Notes: generated by a model from the sequence alone, not told the origin. A DNA stretch of 64,000 bases from an uncultured Gemmatimonadales bacterium (GCA_963816355.1 CAWFKH010000004.1:382689-446688), one strand, 5' to 3'. Positions 27,812-37,443 are shown, numbered from the stretch's first letter. A program made the numbers and translations.

Positions 27812-28381
27812 ATGAGTACGCGACTCCCCGTGCGGCTGAGGGTCAACGGCGTCGAGCGCGAAGCGACGGTCGAGCCCCGCCTGCTCCTGAGTGACTTCCT
27901 GCGCGTCGAGCTGGGTCTGACCGGCACCCACGTCGGCTGCGAACACGGCGTCTGTGGCGCGTGCACGGTCCTGCTCGATGGCGAGGCGGTTCGCTCGTGC
28001 CTTCTGTTCGCGGTGCAGGCGGCGGGACACGACGTCGCGACCGTCGAGGGGCTCGCGCCCGGCGGTGAGGCGGCGCTGCACCCGCTCCAGGCGGCGTTCC
28101 GCGAGGCGCACGCGCTCCAGTGCGGCTTCTGCACGCCCGGCATCCTCATGACGGTCCTGCCGTTCCTGCGCGAGAACCCCGATCCGACGCCGGCCGAGAT
28201 CCGCGCCGCGCTCTCCGGCAACCTCTGCCGCTGCACCGGCTACAACAACATCGTCGAGGCGGTGGCGCTCGCCGCGCGTACGGCGCGAGGCGAGGAAGCC
28301 GCGCCCGCCGCGGATGCGTCCGCCGCGGATGCGTCCGCCGGCAGCGCGAGCGCGTGGCCGAACGCGGCGGGCGCCGCGTGA
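27812..28381 (+). CDS. Xanthine dehydrogenase-family 2Fe-2S small subunit (CoxS-like)
   Basis: GCEHGVCGACTV...SC, QCGFCTPG, CRCTGY; AAGGAGG RBS. Confidence 0.95.
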   Translation: MSTRLPVRLRVNGVEREATVEPRLLLSDFLRVELGLTGTHVGCEHGVCGACTVLLDGEAVRSCLLFAVQAAGHDVATVEGLAPGGEAALHPLQAAFREAHALQCGFCTPGILMTVLPFLRENPDPTPAEIRAALSGNLCRCTGYNNIVEAVALAARTARGEEAAPAADASAADASAGSASAWPNAAGAA

Positions 28382-30786
28382 GCGAGCGCTACTTCGGCCG
28401 TCGCGTCCTGCGCAACGAGGACCCGCGGCTGCTGACGGGCGGCGCGCTCTTCGTGGACGACGTGCGGCTGCCCGGCATGCTGCACGTCGCCTTCGTGCGG
28501 AGCACGCATGCGCACGCGCGCCTCCGCGGCATCGACACGGCCGCCGCCGCGCGCCGGCCGGGCGTCGTGGGGGTCTTCGCGGCCGGGGACCTGGGCGACT
28601 TCTGCAGGCCGGGCCCGCTGCTCGTGCACCCGCCGCCGGTCGCGGACCACGTCTTCCACGCGCGCACCCAGACGCCGCTCGCGCACGGCAAGGTGCGGCA
28701 CGTCGGCGAGGCGATCGCGATGGTGGTGGCGGAGAGCCGCTACCTGGCGGAGGACGCGGCGGAGGACGTCCACGTCGACTACGAGCCGCTGGCCGCGGTG
28801 GTCGACATCGAGCGCGCGCTGGAGCCGGGGACGCCCCTCGTCCACGAGGACCTCGCGTCGAACCTCGCGGCGCACGTGCGGCAGACGAAGGGGGACTACG
28901 ACGCCGCGCGCGCGGAGGCGGACGTCGTCATCGCGCGTCGCCTGCGCTACGACCGCGGCTGTTCGGCGGCGATCGAGAACCGCGCCGTCGTCGCCCAGTG
29001 GGACGCGAGCCAGCGGGAGCTGACGGTGTGGGACACGACGCAGGCGCCGATCCCGATCCGCAACGGCCTCGCCCGCATGCTCGCTCTGTCGGAGTCGGAG
29101 GTGCGCGTCGTCGCGCCGTTCGTGGGCGGCGGCTTCGGTCCGAAGATCATGATGTTCTACCCGGAGGAGCAGCTGGTGCCGTGGCTCGCGCTGCGCCTGG
29201 GGCGGCCGGTGAAGTGGGCGGAGGACCGCTCGGAGAATTTCTTCGCGACGACGCAGGAGCGGGGGCAGACGCACGACGCCGAGATCGCGCTGGCGAGCGA
29301 CGGCCGGATCCTGGGCGTGCGCGACCGTTTCCTCCACGACACCGGCGCCTACGACCCGTACGGCCTCACCGTCCCGATCAACAGCCAGTGCACGCTTCTG
29401 GGGCCGTACGAGGTGCCCAGCTACGACAGCGAGTTCCGCGTCGTCTTCACGAACAAGACGCTCGTCACGCCGGTGCGCGGCGCCGGCCGCCAGCACGGCG
29501 TGTTCGTCATGGAGCGGCTGCTCGACCTCGCGGCGCGCGAGCTGGCGCTCGACCCCCTCGAGATCCGCCGCCGCAACTTCCTGCCGCCGGCCGCGTTCCC
29601 CGTCGACCACGGCATCCTCTACCAGGACAGCGCGCCGCTCTACTACGACAGCGGCGACTACGAGCCGGCGCTCGCGCGCGCGGCCGAGATGATCGACTAC
29701 GACGGCTTCGTGAAGGAGGAGCGGCCGCGGGCGCGCGCCGCCGGCCGCCACGTCGGCGTCGGCGTCGTCTCCTACATCGAGGGGACGGGCATCGGGCCGT
29801 ACGAGGGCGCGCGCGTGCGGGTGGAGAGCGACGGCCGCGTCTCCGTGACGACGGGCGTCGGGACGCAGGGGCAGGGGCACTTCACCAGTTTCGCGCAGAT
29901 CGTCGCCGACCAGGTGGGCGTGCGCGTCGAGGACGTGCGCGTCGTCACGGGCGACACGCGCGCGTTCGACTGGGGGACGGGCACCTTCGCCAGCCGCGGC
30001 GCGGTCGTGGCCGGCAACGCGTGCCACGCCGCGGCGATCGCGGTGCGCGAGAAGATCCTCCGGCTGGCGTCGCAGGTGCTCGAAGCGGCCCCGGAGGACC
30101 TCGAACTGGCGCACGGGCGCGTGGCCGTGCGGGGCGCGCCGGCGCGCTCGCTCGAGCTCGCCGAGCTCGCCGTGCGCGCCAACCCGCTGCGCGGCGCGGT
30201 GACGCCCGGCACCGAGCCGGGGCTCGAGGCGACCGCCTACTTCGGCCCGGCGCGCGGCGCGACCGCGAGCGGCGTGCACGCGATGATCGTCGAGGTCGAC
30301 GCGGAGACCGCGACGCTCGCGATCCGCCGCTACGTGGTGGTGCACGACTGCGGCCGCGTCATCAACCCGATGATCGTCGAGGGTCAGATCCACGGCGGCG
30401 TCGCGCACGGCATCGGCAACGCGTTCTACGAGCAGCTCGTCTACGACGACAACGGCCAGCTCCTCACCGCCTCGTTCATGGACTACCTGCTGCCGACTTC
30501 GCTCGACGTGCCGCCGATCGAGACGGCGCACATCGAGACCCCCTCGCCGCTCAACCCGCTGGGCACGAAGGGCGTCGGCGAGGCGGGCGCGATCCCGGTC
30601 GGCGCACTGTTCGCGCAGGCGATCGAGGACGCGCTCGCCATCGACGGGCTCGAGATCCTCGAAATGCCGCTCTCGCCCGGCCGCCTCTTCGAGCTGATCC
30701 GCGAGGCGCGCCGGCGCGGCGAGGCGGCGACGTCGCTCGAAGCGGACGGCGCGGCCGCGCCCGACGCGGCGCCGACGCCGCCGTGA
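28378..30786 (+). CDS. Xanthine dehydrogenase-family molybdopterin large subunit (not form I CO dehydrogenase)
   Basis: GTGA overlap; VGGGFGPK, PVRGAGRQ, GQG, TFASR, INPMIVEGQIHGG, KGVGE. Confidence 0.95.
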   Translation: MSERYFGRRVLRNEDPRLLTGGALFVDDVRLPGMLHVAFVRSTHAHARLRGIDTAAAARRPGVVGVFAAGDLGDFCRPGPLLVHPPPVADHVFHARTQTPLAHGKVRHVGEAIAMVVAESRYLAEDAAEDVHVDYEPLAAVVDIERALEPGTPLVHEDLASNLAAHVRQTKGDYDAARAEADVVIARRLRYDRGCSAAIENRAVVAQWDASQRELTVWDTTQAPIPIRNGLARMLALSESEVRVVAPFVGGGFGPKIMMFYPEEQLVPWLALRLGRPVKWAEDRSENFFATTQERGQTHDAEIALASDGRILGVRDRFLHDTGAYDPYGLTVPINSQCTLLGPYEVPSYDSEFRVVFTNKTLVTPVRGAGRQHGVFVMERLLDLAARELALDPLEIRRRNFLPPAAFPVDHGILYQDSAPLYYDSGDYEPALARAAEMIDYDGFVKEERPRARAAGRHVGVGVVSYIEGTGIGPYEGARVRVESDGRVSVTTGVGTQGQGHFTSFAQIVADQVGVRVEDVRVVTGDTRAFDWGTGTFASRGAVVAGNACHAAAIAVREKILRLASQVLEAAPEDLELAHGRVAVRGAPARSLELAELAVRANPLRGAVTPGTEPGLEATAYFGPARGATASGVHAMIVEVDAETATLAIRRYVVVHDCGRVINPMIVEGQIHGGVAHGIGNAFYEQLVYDDNGQLLTASFMDYLLPTSLDVPPIETAHIETPSPLNPLGTKGVGEAGAIPVGALFAQAIEDALAIDGLEILEMPLSPGRLFELIREARRRGEAATSLEADGAAAPDAAPTPP

Positions 30787-31685
30787 AGCCGCCGCCGTTC
30801 GAGTATTTCGCGCCCGCCACGCTCGAGGAGGCGCTGGCGCTGCTCGCCGAGCACGGCGACGACGCCCGTCCGCTCGCCGGCGGTCAGAGCCTCGTGCCGC
30901 TGATGAACTTCCGCCTCGCCCGGCCGGCGGTCCTGGTCGACCTCAACCGCGTCGCCGGCCTCGACGGCATCGAGGCCGCGGGCGAAGGTCTGCGGATCGG
31001 CGCGCTCGCGCGGCAGCGCGCCGCCGAGCGCAGCGACCTCGTCGCCGAGCGCGCGCCGCTGCTCGCCGAGGCGCTGCCGCACGTCGCCCACCCGCAGATC
31101 CGCAACCGCGGCACCGTCGGCGGCAGCATCGCGCACGCCGACCCCGCCGCGGAGCTGCCCGCCGTCGCGCTCGCGCTCGAGGCGACGCTGCGGCTGCGGA
31201 GCGCGGCGGCCGAGCGCGGCGTCGTCGCGCGCGACTTCTTCACCGGCCTCTTCGCCACCGCCCTCGAGCCGGGCGAGCTGCTGGTCGCCATGGAGGTGCC
31301 GGCACTGCCCGAAGGCGCCGGCTGCGCCTTCGACGAGGTCGCGCGCCGCCACGGCGATTACGCGCTCCTCGGCGTCGCGGCCGTCGTCGCGCTCGACGCC
31401 GCGGGCGCCTGCCAGCAGGCGCGCCTCGCCTACGTCAACGCCGGCCGCGGACCGCTGCGCGCGCCGCGAGCCGAAGCCGCGCTGGTGGGCGAGCGGCTGC
31501 GGCCCGCCGTCCTGCGCGCGGCGGCGGAGACCGCGGCCGGCGAGCTGCGTCCCGGCGCCGACGTGCACGCCTCCGCCGAGTACCGCCGCCACCTGGCGCG
31601 CGTGCTGACGGAGCGCGTTCTGGCGCGCGCCGTCGAGCGGGCGCGCGCCGTCGAGCGGGCGCGCGAGCCGGGAGCGCCGCGATGA
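30783..31685 (+). CDS. Xanthine dehydrogenase-family FAD subunit (CoxM-like)
   Basis: GTGA overlap; KPPPFEYFAP, AGGQSL, QIRNRGTVGGS, RRHGDY. Confidence 0.95.
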   Translation: MKPPPFEYFAPATLEEALALLAEHGDDARPLAGGQSLVPLMNFRLARPAVLVDLNRVAGLDGIEAAGEGLRIGALARQRAAERSDLVAERAPLLAEALPHVAHPQIRNRGTVGGSIAHADPAAELPAVALALEATLRLRSAAAERGVVARDFFTGLFATALEPGELLVAMEVPALPEGAGCAFDEVARRHGDYALLGVAAVVALDAAGACQQARLAYVNAGRGPLRAPRAEAALVGERLRPAVLRAAAETAAGELRPGADVHASAEYRRHLARVLTERVLARAVERARAVERAREPGAPR

Positions 31686-33310
31686 AGCAAGGCCGCACCG
31701 CGCCCGGCCGGTCCGCCGCGAACGCGCCGGACGCCCCGCATTCCGGCGGCGCGCTGCATTCCGGCGGGGCCCCGCATTCCGGCAGCGCCCCGCATTCCGG
31801 CGGGGCGCTGAGCAACGCGGACCTCGCGCCGGTGCCGCCGGAGCGGCGCACGTGGGGGCTGTGGAACATCGCGTCGCTGTGGGTGGGGATGAGCGTATGC
31901 ATCCCCACCTACATGCTCGCGGCGAGCATGATCGACGCGGGCCTCTCGTGGTGGGAGAGCCTGCTCGCGATCCTGCTCGGCAACGCGATCGTGCTCGTGC
32001 CGCTCGTGCTGAACGCGCACGCCGGCACGCGCTACGGCATCCCGTTCCCCGTCTTCGCGCGCGCCTCCTTCGGCACCCGCGGCGCGCACGTCCCGTCGCT
32101 GCTGCGCTCGCTCGTCGCGTGCGGCTGGTTCGGCATCCAGACGTGGATCGGCGGCCTCGCGATCCACGCGCTGCTCTCGATCGTGTGGCCGGCGTGGGCC
32201 GGCCTCGGCGGCGGCTGGCGGCTGATGGGGCAGTCGCTCCCGCTCTACCTCGGCTTCCTCGCCTTCTGGGCGATCAACATGTACTTCGTGTGGGCGGGGA
32301 CCGAGTCGATCAAGTGGATGGAGACGCTCGCCGCGCCGTTCCTCATCGGCGGCGGCCTGCTGCTGCTCGCGTGGGCCGCCGCGCGCGTCGGCGGCTTCGG
32401 CCCGATGCTGCGCGGCTCCGAGCGGCTGGCGAGCCCCGCCCGCGGCGGCGCCGGCACGCTCCGCCTTTTCGTGCCGTGGCTCACCGCCATGGTCGGCTAC
32501 TGGGCGACGCTCTCGCTCAACATCCCGGACTTCACCCGCTACGCGCGGAGCCAGAAGGACCAGGCCGTCGGCCAGGCGATCGGCCTCCTCACCACGATGC
32601 CGCTCTTCTCCTTCATCGGCGTCGCCGTCACGAGCGCGACCGTGCTCGTCTACGGCCAGGCGATCTGGAACCCGGTCGACCTGCTGGCCCGCCTCACGCG
32701 CGAGCGCGGCAGCCCCCTGCTCGGCGTGGCCGCGATGCTCGTCCTGATCGTGGCGACGCTGAGCACCAACATCGCCGCCAACGTCGTCGCGCCCGCCAAC
32801 AGCTTCTCCAACCTCGCGCCGCGCCGCATTTCCTTCCGCACCGGCGGCCTCGTGGCCGGCCTGATCGGCATCGCCATCCTGCCGTGGCGGCTGCTCGACA
32901 TGTACCAGACGTGGCTGATCGGCTACTCCGGCCTGCTCGGCGCCGTGGGCGGCGTGCTGATCTGCGACTACGTCATCCTGCGCCGCGGCGCCCTCTCCGT
33001 CGACGACCTGTACGACGAGGCGGGCGCCTACGCCTACCGCCGCGGCGTCAACCCGTCCGCCATGATCGCCCTCGCGGCGGGCATCGCCGTCGCGCTCGCG
33101 GGCCGCCTCGATCCGCGCCTCCGCTTCCTCTTCGACGGCGCCTGGTTCTCCGCCGCGCTCGTTTCGCTCGCCATCTACTGGGCGCTCATGCGCGGCCGCA
33201 TCGCCCGCGCCCCCGCGCCCGCCCGCGCCTCCGCTGCCGCTGGCGCCCCCGCTGCCGCCGGCGCGTCCGCTCCCGCGGCGGCGGCGCGCACCGCCGGCGG
33301 CGCGGCGTGA
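31682..33310 (+). CDS. NCS1-family nucleobase:cation symporter
   Basis: NADLAP..RTW...LWVGM, YGIPFPVFARASFG, WFGIQ, WATLSLNIPDFTRY, NIAAN. Confidence 0.95.
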   Translation: MKQGRTAPGRSAANAPDAPHSGGALHSGGAPHSGSAPHSGGALSNADLAPVPPERRTWGLWNIASLWVGMSVCIPTYMLAASMIDAGLSWWESLLAILLGNAIVLVPLVLNAHAGTRYGIPFPVFARASFGTRGAHVPSLLRSLVACGWFGIQTWIGGLAIHALLSIVWPAWAGLGGGWRLMGQSLPLYLGFLAFWAINMYFVWAGTESIKWMETLAAPFLIGGGLLLLAWAAARVGGFGPMLRGSERLASPARGGAGTLRLFVPWLTAMVGYWATLSLNIPDFTRYARSQKDQAVGQAIGLLTTMPLFSFIGVAVTSATVLVYGQAIWNPVDLLARLTRERGSPLLGVAAMLVLIVATLSTNIAANVVAPANSFSNLAPRRISFRTGGLVAGLIGIAILPWRLLDMYQTWLIGYSGLLGAVGGVLICDYVILRRGALSVDDLYDEAGAYAYRRGVNPSAMIALAAGIAVALAGRLDPRLRFLFDGAWFSAALVSLAIYWALMRGRIARAPAPARASAAAGAPAAAGASAPAAAARTAGGAA

Positions 33311-34860
33311 GCATCGACCTGATCGAGCGCGCCGCGCGTCACGGCGGCCGCGTCGCCCTGGCCGACGACGCTGGCGAGCACACCTACGACGACCTGCTCG
33401 CCGCGTCCGCCCGCGTCGCCGCGCTGCTCGCCGCGCACGGCGGCGGCGCCGACCTCGGCGAGGCGCGCGTCGCGTTCATGGCGGAGCCGGGTCTCGACTA
33501 CGTCGCCGCGCAGTGGGGAATCTGGCGCGCGGGCGGCGTCGCCGTCCCGCTCTGCGTCAGCCATCCGGCGCCCGAGCTGGAGTACGTGCTCGGCGACACC
33601 GGCGCCGCCACGGTCCTCGCCGGCGACGCTTTCGAGGCGCGCCTGCGCCCGCTCGCCGGCGCGCGCGGCGCCGCGCTGGTGAGGCTGCGCGACGCGCTGG
33701 CGGCGGGGGGCGACGTCGCCACGCTCCCCTCCATCGATCCGGCGCGCCGCGCGATGATCCTCTACACGAGCGGCACGACGAGCCGGCCGAAGGGCGTCGT
33801 CAGCACGCACGCGAACCTGCGCGCTCAGATCGGGTGCCTGATCGAGGCGTGGGGCTGGAGCGCCGACGACCGCATCCTGCACGTGCTGCCGCTGCACCAC
33901 ACGCACGGCATCGTGAACGTGCTGCTCTGCGCGCTGCGCGCCGGCGCCGCGTGCGAGATGCAGCCCGGCTTCGACGCGGAGCGCGCGTGGCGCCGCCTCG
34001 CCGCGGGCGGTATCACGCTGTTCATGGCGGTGCCGACGATCTACGTGAAGCTGATCGCGGCGTGGGAGGCGGCGGCGCCGGAGGCGCGCGCTCGCATGTC
34101 GGAGGCGTGCCGTCGTCTGCGGCTGATGGTGTCCGGCTCCGCCGCGCTGCCGGTCACGACGTTCGAGCGGTGGCGCGAGATCGCCGGCCACGCGCTGCTC
34201 GAGCGCTACGGCATGACGGAGATCGGCATGGCGCTCTCGAACCCGCTGGACGGCGAGCGCCGGCCCGGCACGGTCGGCCGGCCGCTGCCGAGCGTCGACG
34301 TGCGCCTGGTCGACGACGGCGGCCGCGTGGTGGAGGGCGAGGACGCCGGGGGCGAGATCCAGGTGCGCGGGCCGAGCGTCTTCCTCGAGTACTGGGGCCG
34401 GCCGGACGCGACGCGCGAGGCGTTCGTCGACGGCTGGTTCCGCACCGGCGACGTCGCGCTCCGCGAGCGCGGCTACTACCGCATCCTCGGGCGCAGCAGC
34501 GTCGACATCGTGAAGACCGGCGGCTACAAGGTCTCCGCGCTCGAGATCGAGGAAGTGCTGCGCGCGCACCCCGCCGTGCGCGACTGCGCGGTGGTGGGCG
34601 TGGAGGACCCGGAGTGGGGCGAGCGCGTGTGCGCCGCCGTGGTGCCGGTCGAGGGCGCGGAGGCCGACGCCGATCCCGACGCCCTGCGCGCGTGGGTGGA
34701 GGCGCGGCTCGCGCCGTACAAGGTGCCGCGGCGGTGGGCGCTGCTCGAGGCGCTGCCCCGCAACGTGATGGGCAAGGTGACCAAGCCGGCGGTCAGGGAC
34801 GCGTTCGCAACGGAGCGGACCCGGCCGACACCCGCCGAACCCGCACCGGAGAACCGATGA
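33307..34860 (+). CDS. Acyl-CoA synthetase, malonyl/methylmalonyl-CoA synthetase-like (MatB/ACSF3)
   Basis: YTSGTTSRPKG; LPLHHTHG; FMAVPTIY; SGSAAL; ERYGMTEIG; GWFRTGD; PRNVMGKV. Confidence 0.85.
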   Translation: MSIDLIERAARHGGRVALADDAGEHTYDDLLAASARVAALLAAHGGGADLGEARVAFMAEPGLDYVAAQWGIWRAGGVAVPLCVSHPAPELEYVLGDTGAATVLAGDAFEARLRPLAGARGAALVRLRDALAAGGDVATLPSIDPARRAMILYTSGTTSRPKGVVSTHANLRAQIGCLIEAWGWSADDRILHVLPLHHTHGIVNVLLCALRAGAACEMQPGFDAERAWRRLAAGGITLFMAVPTIYVKLIAAWEAAAPEARARMSEACRRLRLMVSGSAALPVTTFERWREIAGHALLERYGMTEIGMALSNPLDGERRPGTVGRPLPSVDVRLVDDGGRVVEGEDAGGEIQVRGPSVFLEYWGRPDATREAFVDGWFRTGDVALRERGYYRILGRSSVDIVKTGGYKVSALEIEEVLRAHPAVRDCAVVGVEDPEWGERVCAAVVPVEGAEADADPDALRAWVEARLAPYKVPRRWALLEALPRNVMGKVTKPAVRDAFATERTRPTPAEPAPENR

Positions 34861-35642
34861 AGCTCTACGACCTGTCGCAGCCGCTGAACCAGGAGTGCTC
34901 CTTCTGGCCCTACTACCCGCCGTTCGAGGTGAAGTACATCAAGCGCAAGGCGGAGCACGGCGTGAACGCGCAGTACATCCAGACGTCCAACCACATGGGC
35001 ACGCACCTGGACGCGCCGCGCCACTTCGTCACCAACGGCATGACGATCGACGAGATCCCGCTCGAGTGGCTCTACGGCCCAGGCGTGATCGTCGACCTGC
35101 GCGCCGAGATGGACGACCTCGCCATCTATTCGCCGGAGATGATCGAGAGCCGCGTCGAGGTGCGGGACGGCGACATCGTGATCCTGCACACCGGCTGGGA
35201 GCGCTACGGCCAGTTCGGCGAGGAGGCCGACGAGGAGCGCTACATCCACCGCCACCCCGGGCCGCACCCGGACATGGTGCCGTGGCTGCTCGAGAAGAAG
35301 GTCCACATCTGGGGCCTCGACGCGATCTCGACCGACCACCCGATGAACCTTCCGATCGGCCGCTTCCTCGGCAAAGGCATGCACGGCCACTGCGACCGCG
35401 TGCGCGCGCTGGCCGAGGAGAAGTTCGGCAAGGAGGGCGTCGCGAAGCTCTTCCCCGAGGAGGACTACCAGCTCACGCACAACGCGCTCTTCCCCCACGA
35501 CTGCATCCACATCGAGAACCTCGGCGGCGAGATCGCGGCGCCGGAGCTGCAGAACCGGCGCCTGACCATCGGCTGCTTCCCGTGGAAGTTCAAGGGCGGC
35601 GAGGCCGCCTTCGCTCGCACCGTCGCGTTCGTCGAGGAGTAG
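34857..35642 (+). CDS. Cyclase-family metal-dependent amidohydrolase (KynB/isatin hydrolase fold)
   Basis: ATGA overlap; YDLSQP, HMGTHLDAP.HF, LHTGW, GLDAISTD, HIENL. Confidence 0.9.
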   Translation: MKLYDLSQPLNQECSFWPYYPPFEVKYIKRKAEHGVNAQYIQTSNHMGTHLDAPRHFVTNGMTIDEIPLEWLYGPGVIVDLRAEMDDLAIYSPEMIESRVEVRDGDIVILHTGWERYGQFGEEADEERYIHRHPGPHPDMVPWLLEKKVHIWGLDAISTDHPMNLPIGRFLGKGMHGHCDRVRALAEEKFGKEGVAKLFPEEDYQLTHNALFPHDCIHIENLGGEIAAPELQNRRLTIGCFPWKFKGGEAAFARTVAFVEE

Positions 35643-35694
35643 GCGCCGCGGGCCGCCTTCGCGCGCACCGTCGCGTTCGTCGAGGAGTAGGCGC
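35603..35694 (+). repeat. Direct duplication (44 bp, 48-bp period) of the cyclase 3' end including stop codon
   Basis: ggccgccttcgc(t/g)cgcaccgtcgcgttcgtcgaggagtaggcgc at 35603 and 35651. Confidence 0.9.
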
Positions 35695-35736
35695 GGCGCG
35701 CCAGGCGGCACGATCCGGAACCACGAAAGGAGCCGC

Positions 35737-37131
35737 ATGTCGGAAGAGATCGCCGGCCTCTCCGCCAGCGAGCTGCGCGCGCGCATCAGCCGCCGCGAGC
35801 TCGCCGCGGTGGACGTCGTCGAAGCGGCGCTGGCGGCGGTGGGTCGCTGGAACGAGCGCATCAACGCGGTCGTCACGCTGAACGAGCGTGCGCTCGACGA
35901 CGCGCGCGCGCTGGACGCGCGGCGCGCCGCCGGCGAGGAGCCGGGCCCGCTCTTCGGCCTGCCCGTCGGCATCAAGGACGTCACCCCGGTCGCCGACCTG
36001 CGCACGACGTACGGCTCGCCGCTCTACCGCGACCACGTCCCCGCCGAGGACGCGCTCGTCGTGCGCCGCGTGCGCGACGCGGGCGGGATCATCCTCGGCA
36101 AGACGAACACGCCGGAATTCGCCGCGGGCGGCAACACGTTCAACGAGGTGTTCGGCCGCACGCGCAACCCCTGGGACCCGAGCCGCAGCGCCGGCGGCTC
36201 GACCGGCGGCGGCGCGGCCGCGCTGGCGACCGGCATGATCGCGCTCGCGGAGGGGACCGACCTCGGCGGCTCACTGCGCATCCCCGCCTCCTTCTGCGGC
36301 GTCGTCGGGCTCCGCCCCTCGCCCGGCCTCGTCCCGACCCACCCCTCCGACTACGTGTGGGACACGCTCCAGGTGACCGGCCCGATGGCGCGCCGAGCGG
36401 AGGACGTCGCGCTGATGCTGCAGGCCGTGTGCGGCCCCGATCCGCTCGCGCCGCTCGCGCAGCCCGTCGCCGGCCGCGACTTCGTCGGCGCCGTCCGCAA
36501 CGGCATCCGGCCCGGCCTGCGGCTCGCCTACTGCGCCGACATCGCCGGCATCGGCGTCGACGCGGACGTCGAGCGCGTCTGCCGCGACGCCGCCTTCGCG
36601 CTGCGCGACGCCGGCGCCGCCGTCGAGGAGATCGAGCTCGACCTCTCCGAGGCGCGCGCGGCGTTCCTCGCGCTGCGCGGCTACTGGATGGTCGCGCAGC
36701 AGTACACGCGTCTCGACCGCACGGACGACTTCGGCGCCAACGTCGCCGGCAACGTGCGCGCCGGCCTCGCCACGACCACGCTCCAGTACGGCGAGGCGGA
36801 GCACGTGCGCGGCCGCCTCTGGCACCGCTTCCGCACGCTGCTCTCCCGCTACGACCACCTGCTCACGCCGTGCATGGCCGTGCCACCCTTCCCCGTCGAG
36901 CGCAACTATCCGGAGAGCGTCGCCGGCCGCACGATGGAGACGTACGTCGACTGGCTCGCCCCCACCTTCGTGCTCAGCCTCACCGGCCTGCCCGTGGCGT
37001 CCGTCCCCGCCGGCCTGGATTCCTCCGGGCTGCCCGCGGGACTCCAGATCGTCGGCCGCCCGCAGGGCGAGGAGGCGGTCCTCGCCCTCGCCGCCGCCGT
37101 CCAGGCCGCCCGCCCGATCGGGGGGCCGTAG
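35737..37131 (+). CDS. Amidase-signature family amidase
   Basis: GLPVGIKD, GKTNTPEF, AGGSTGG, GTDLGGSLRIPASFCGVVGLRPS; AAAGGAG RBS. Confidence 0.93.
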   Translation: MSEEIAGLSASELRARISRRELAAVDVVEAALAAVGRWNERINAVVTLNERALDDARALDARRAAGEEPGPLFGLPVGIKDVTPVADLRTTYGSPLYRDHVPAEDALVVRRVRDAGGIILGKTNTPEFAAGGNTFNEVFGRTRNPWDPSRSAGGSTGGGAAALATGMIALAEGTDLGGSLRIPASFCGVVGLRPSPGLVPTHPSDYVWDTLQVTGPMARRAEDVALMLQAVCGPDPLAPLAQPVAGRDFVGAVRNGIRPGLRLAYCADIAGIGVDADVERVCRDAAFALRDAGAAVEEIELDLSEARAAFLALRGYWMVAQQYTRLDRTDDFGANVAGNVRAGLATTTLQYGEAEHVRGRLWHRFRTLLSRYDHLLTPCMAVPPFPVERNYPESVAGRTMETYVDWLAPTFVLSLTGLPVASVPAGLDSSGLPAGLQIVGRPQGEEAVLALAAAVQAARPIGGP

Positions 37132-37137
37132 CCGGCC

Positions 37138-37355
37138 GAGGGCGCGGAGGAGGGCGCGGAGGAACGGCGGAGGACGCGGAGTAACGGCGGAGGGCGCGGA
37201 GTAACGGCGGAGGACGTGCGCGGAAGATGCGTCGCGCGCCGAGGCTCCCCGGCTCGGCCCGCTTCGACCGCCGTCGTTCTCCGTGATCTCCGACTCTTCG
37301 TGCTCTCCGTGACACGCTGTTCCTCCGCGCCCTCCTCCGCGCCCGCCTCCGCGCG
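37138..37355. repeat. CGGAGG-periodic inverted-repeat element
   Basis: gagggcgcggagg...gacgcggag units (37138-37225) facing ctccgtgatctccgactcttcgtgctctccgtga and cctccgcgcc units (37279-37355). Confidence 0.65.
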
Positions 37356-37385
37356 TTGACATCGCGCCCCGAACCTCCGTACGGT
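37356..37385 (+). promoter_or_regulatory. Putative sigma70 promoter
   Basis: TTGACA-18 bp-TACGGT upstream of ATG 37444. Confidence 0.5.
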
Positions 37386-37443
37386 GGGACGATCGGCCTT
37401 CGTCGCGACACGGGACGATTTCCCCCCTCACGAGGAGCGTGCC

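Noticed and set aside
27812..31685. Aerobic CO dehydrogenase (coxSLM)
   Set aside because: Lacks AYxCSFR motif and cox accessory genes; context points to N-heterocycle catabolism
34857..35642. kynB of the kynurenine pathway
   Set aside because: No kynA/kynU nearby; family assignment only
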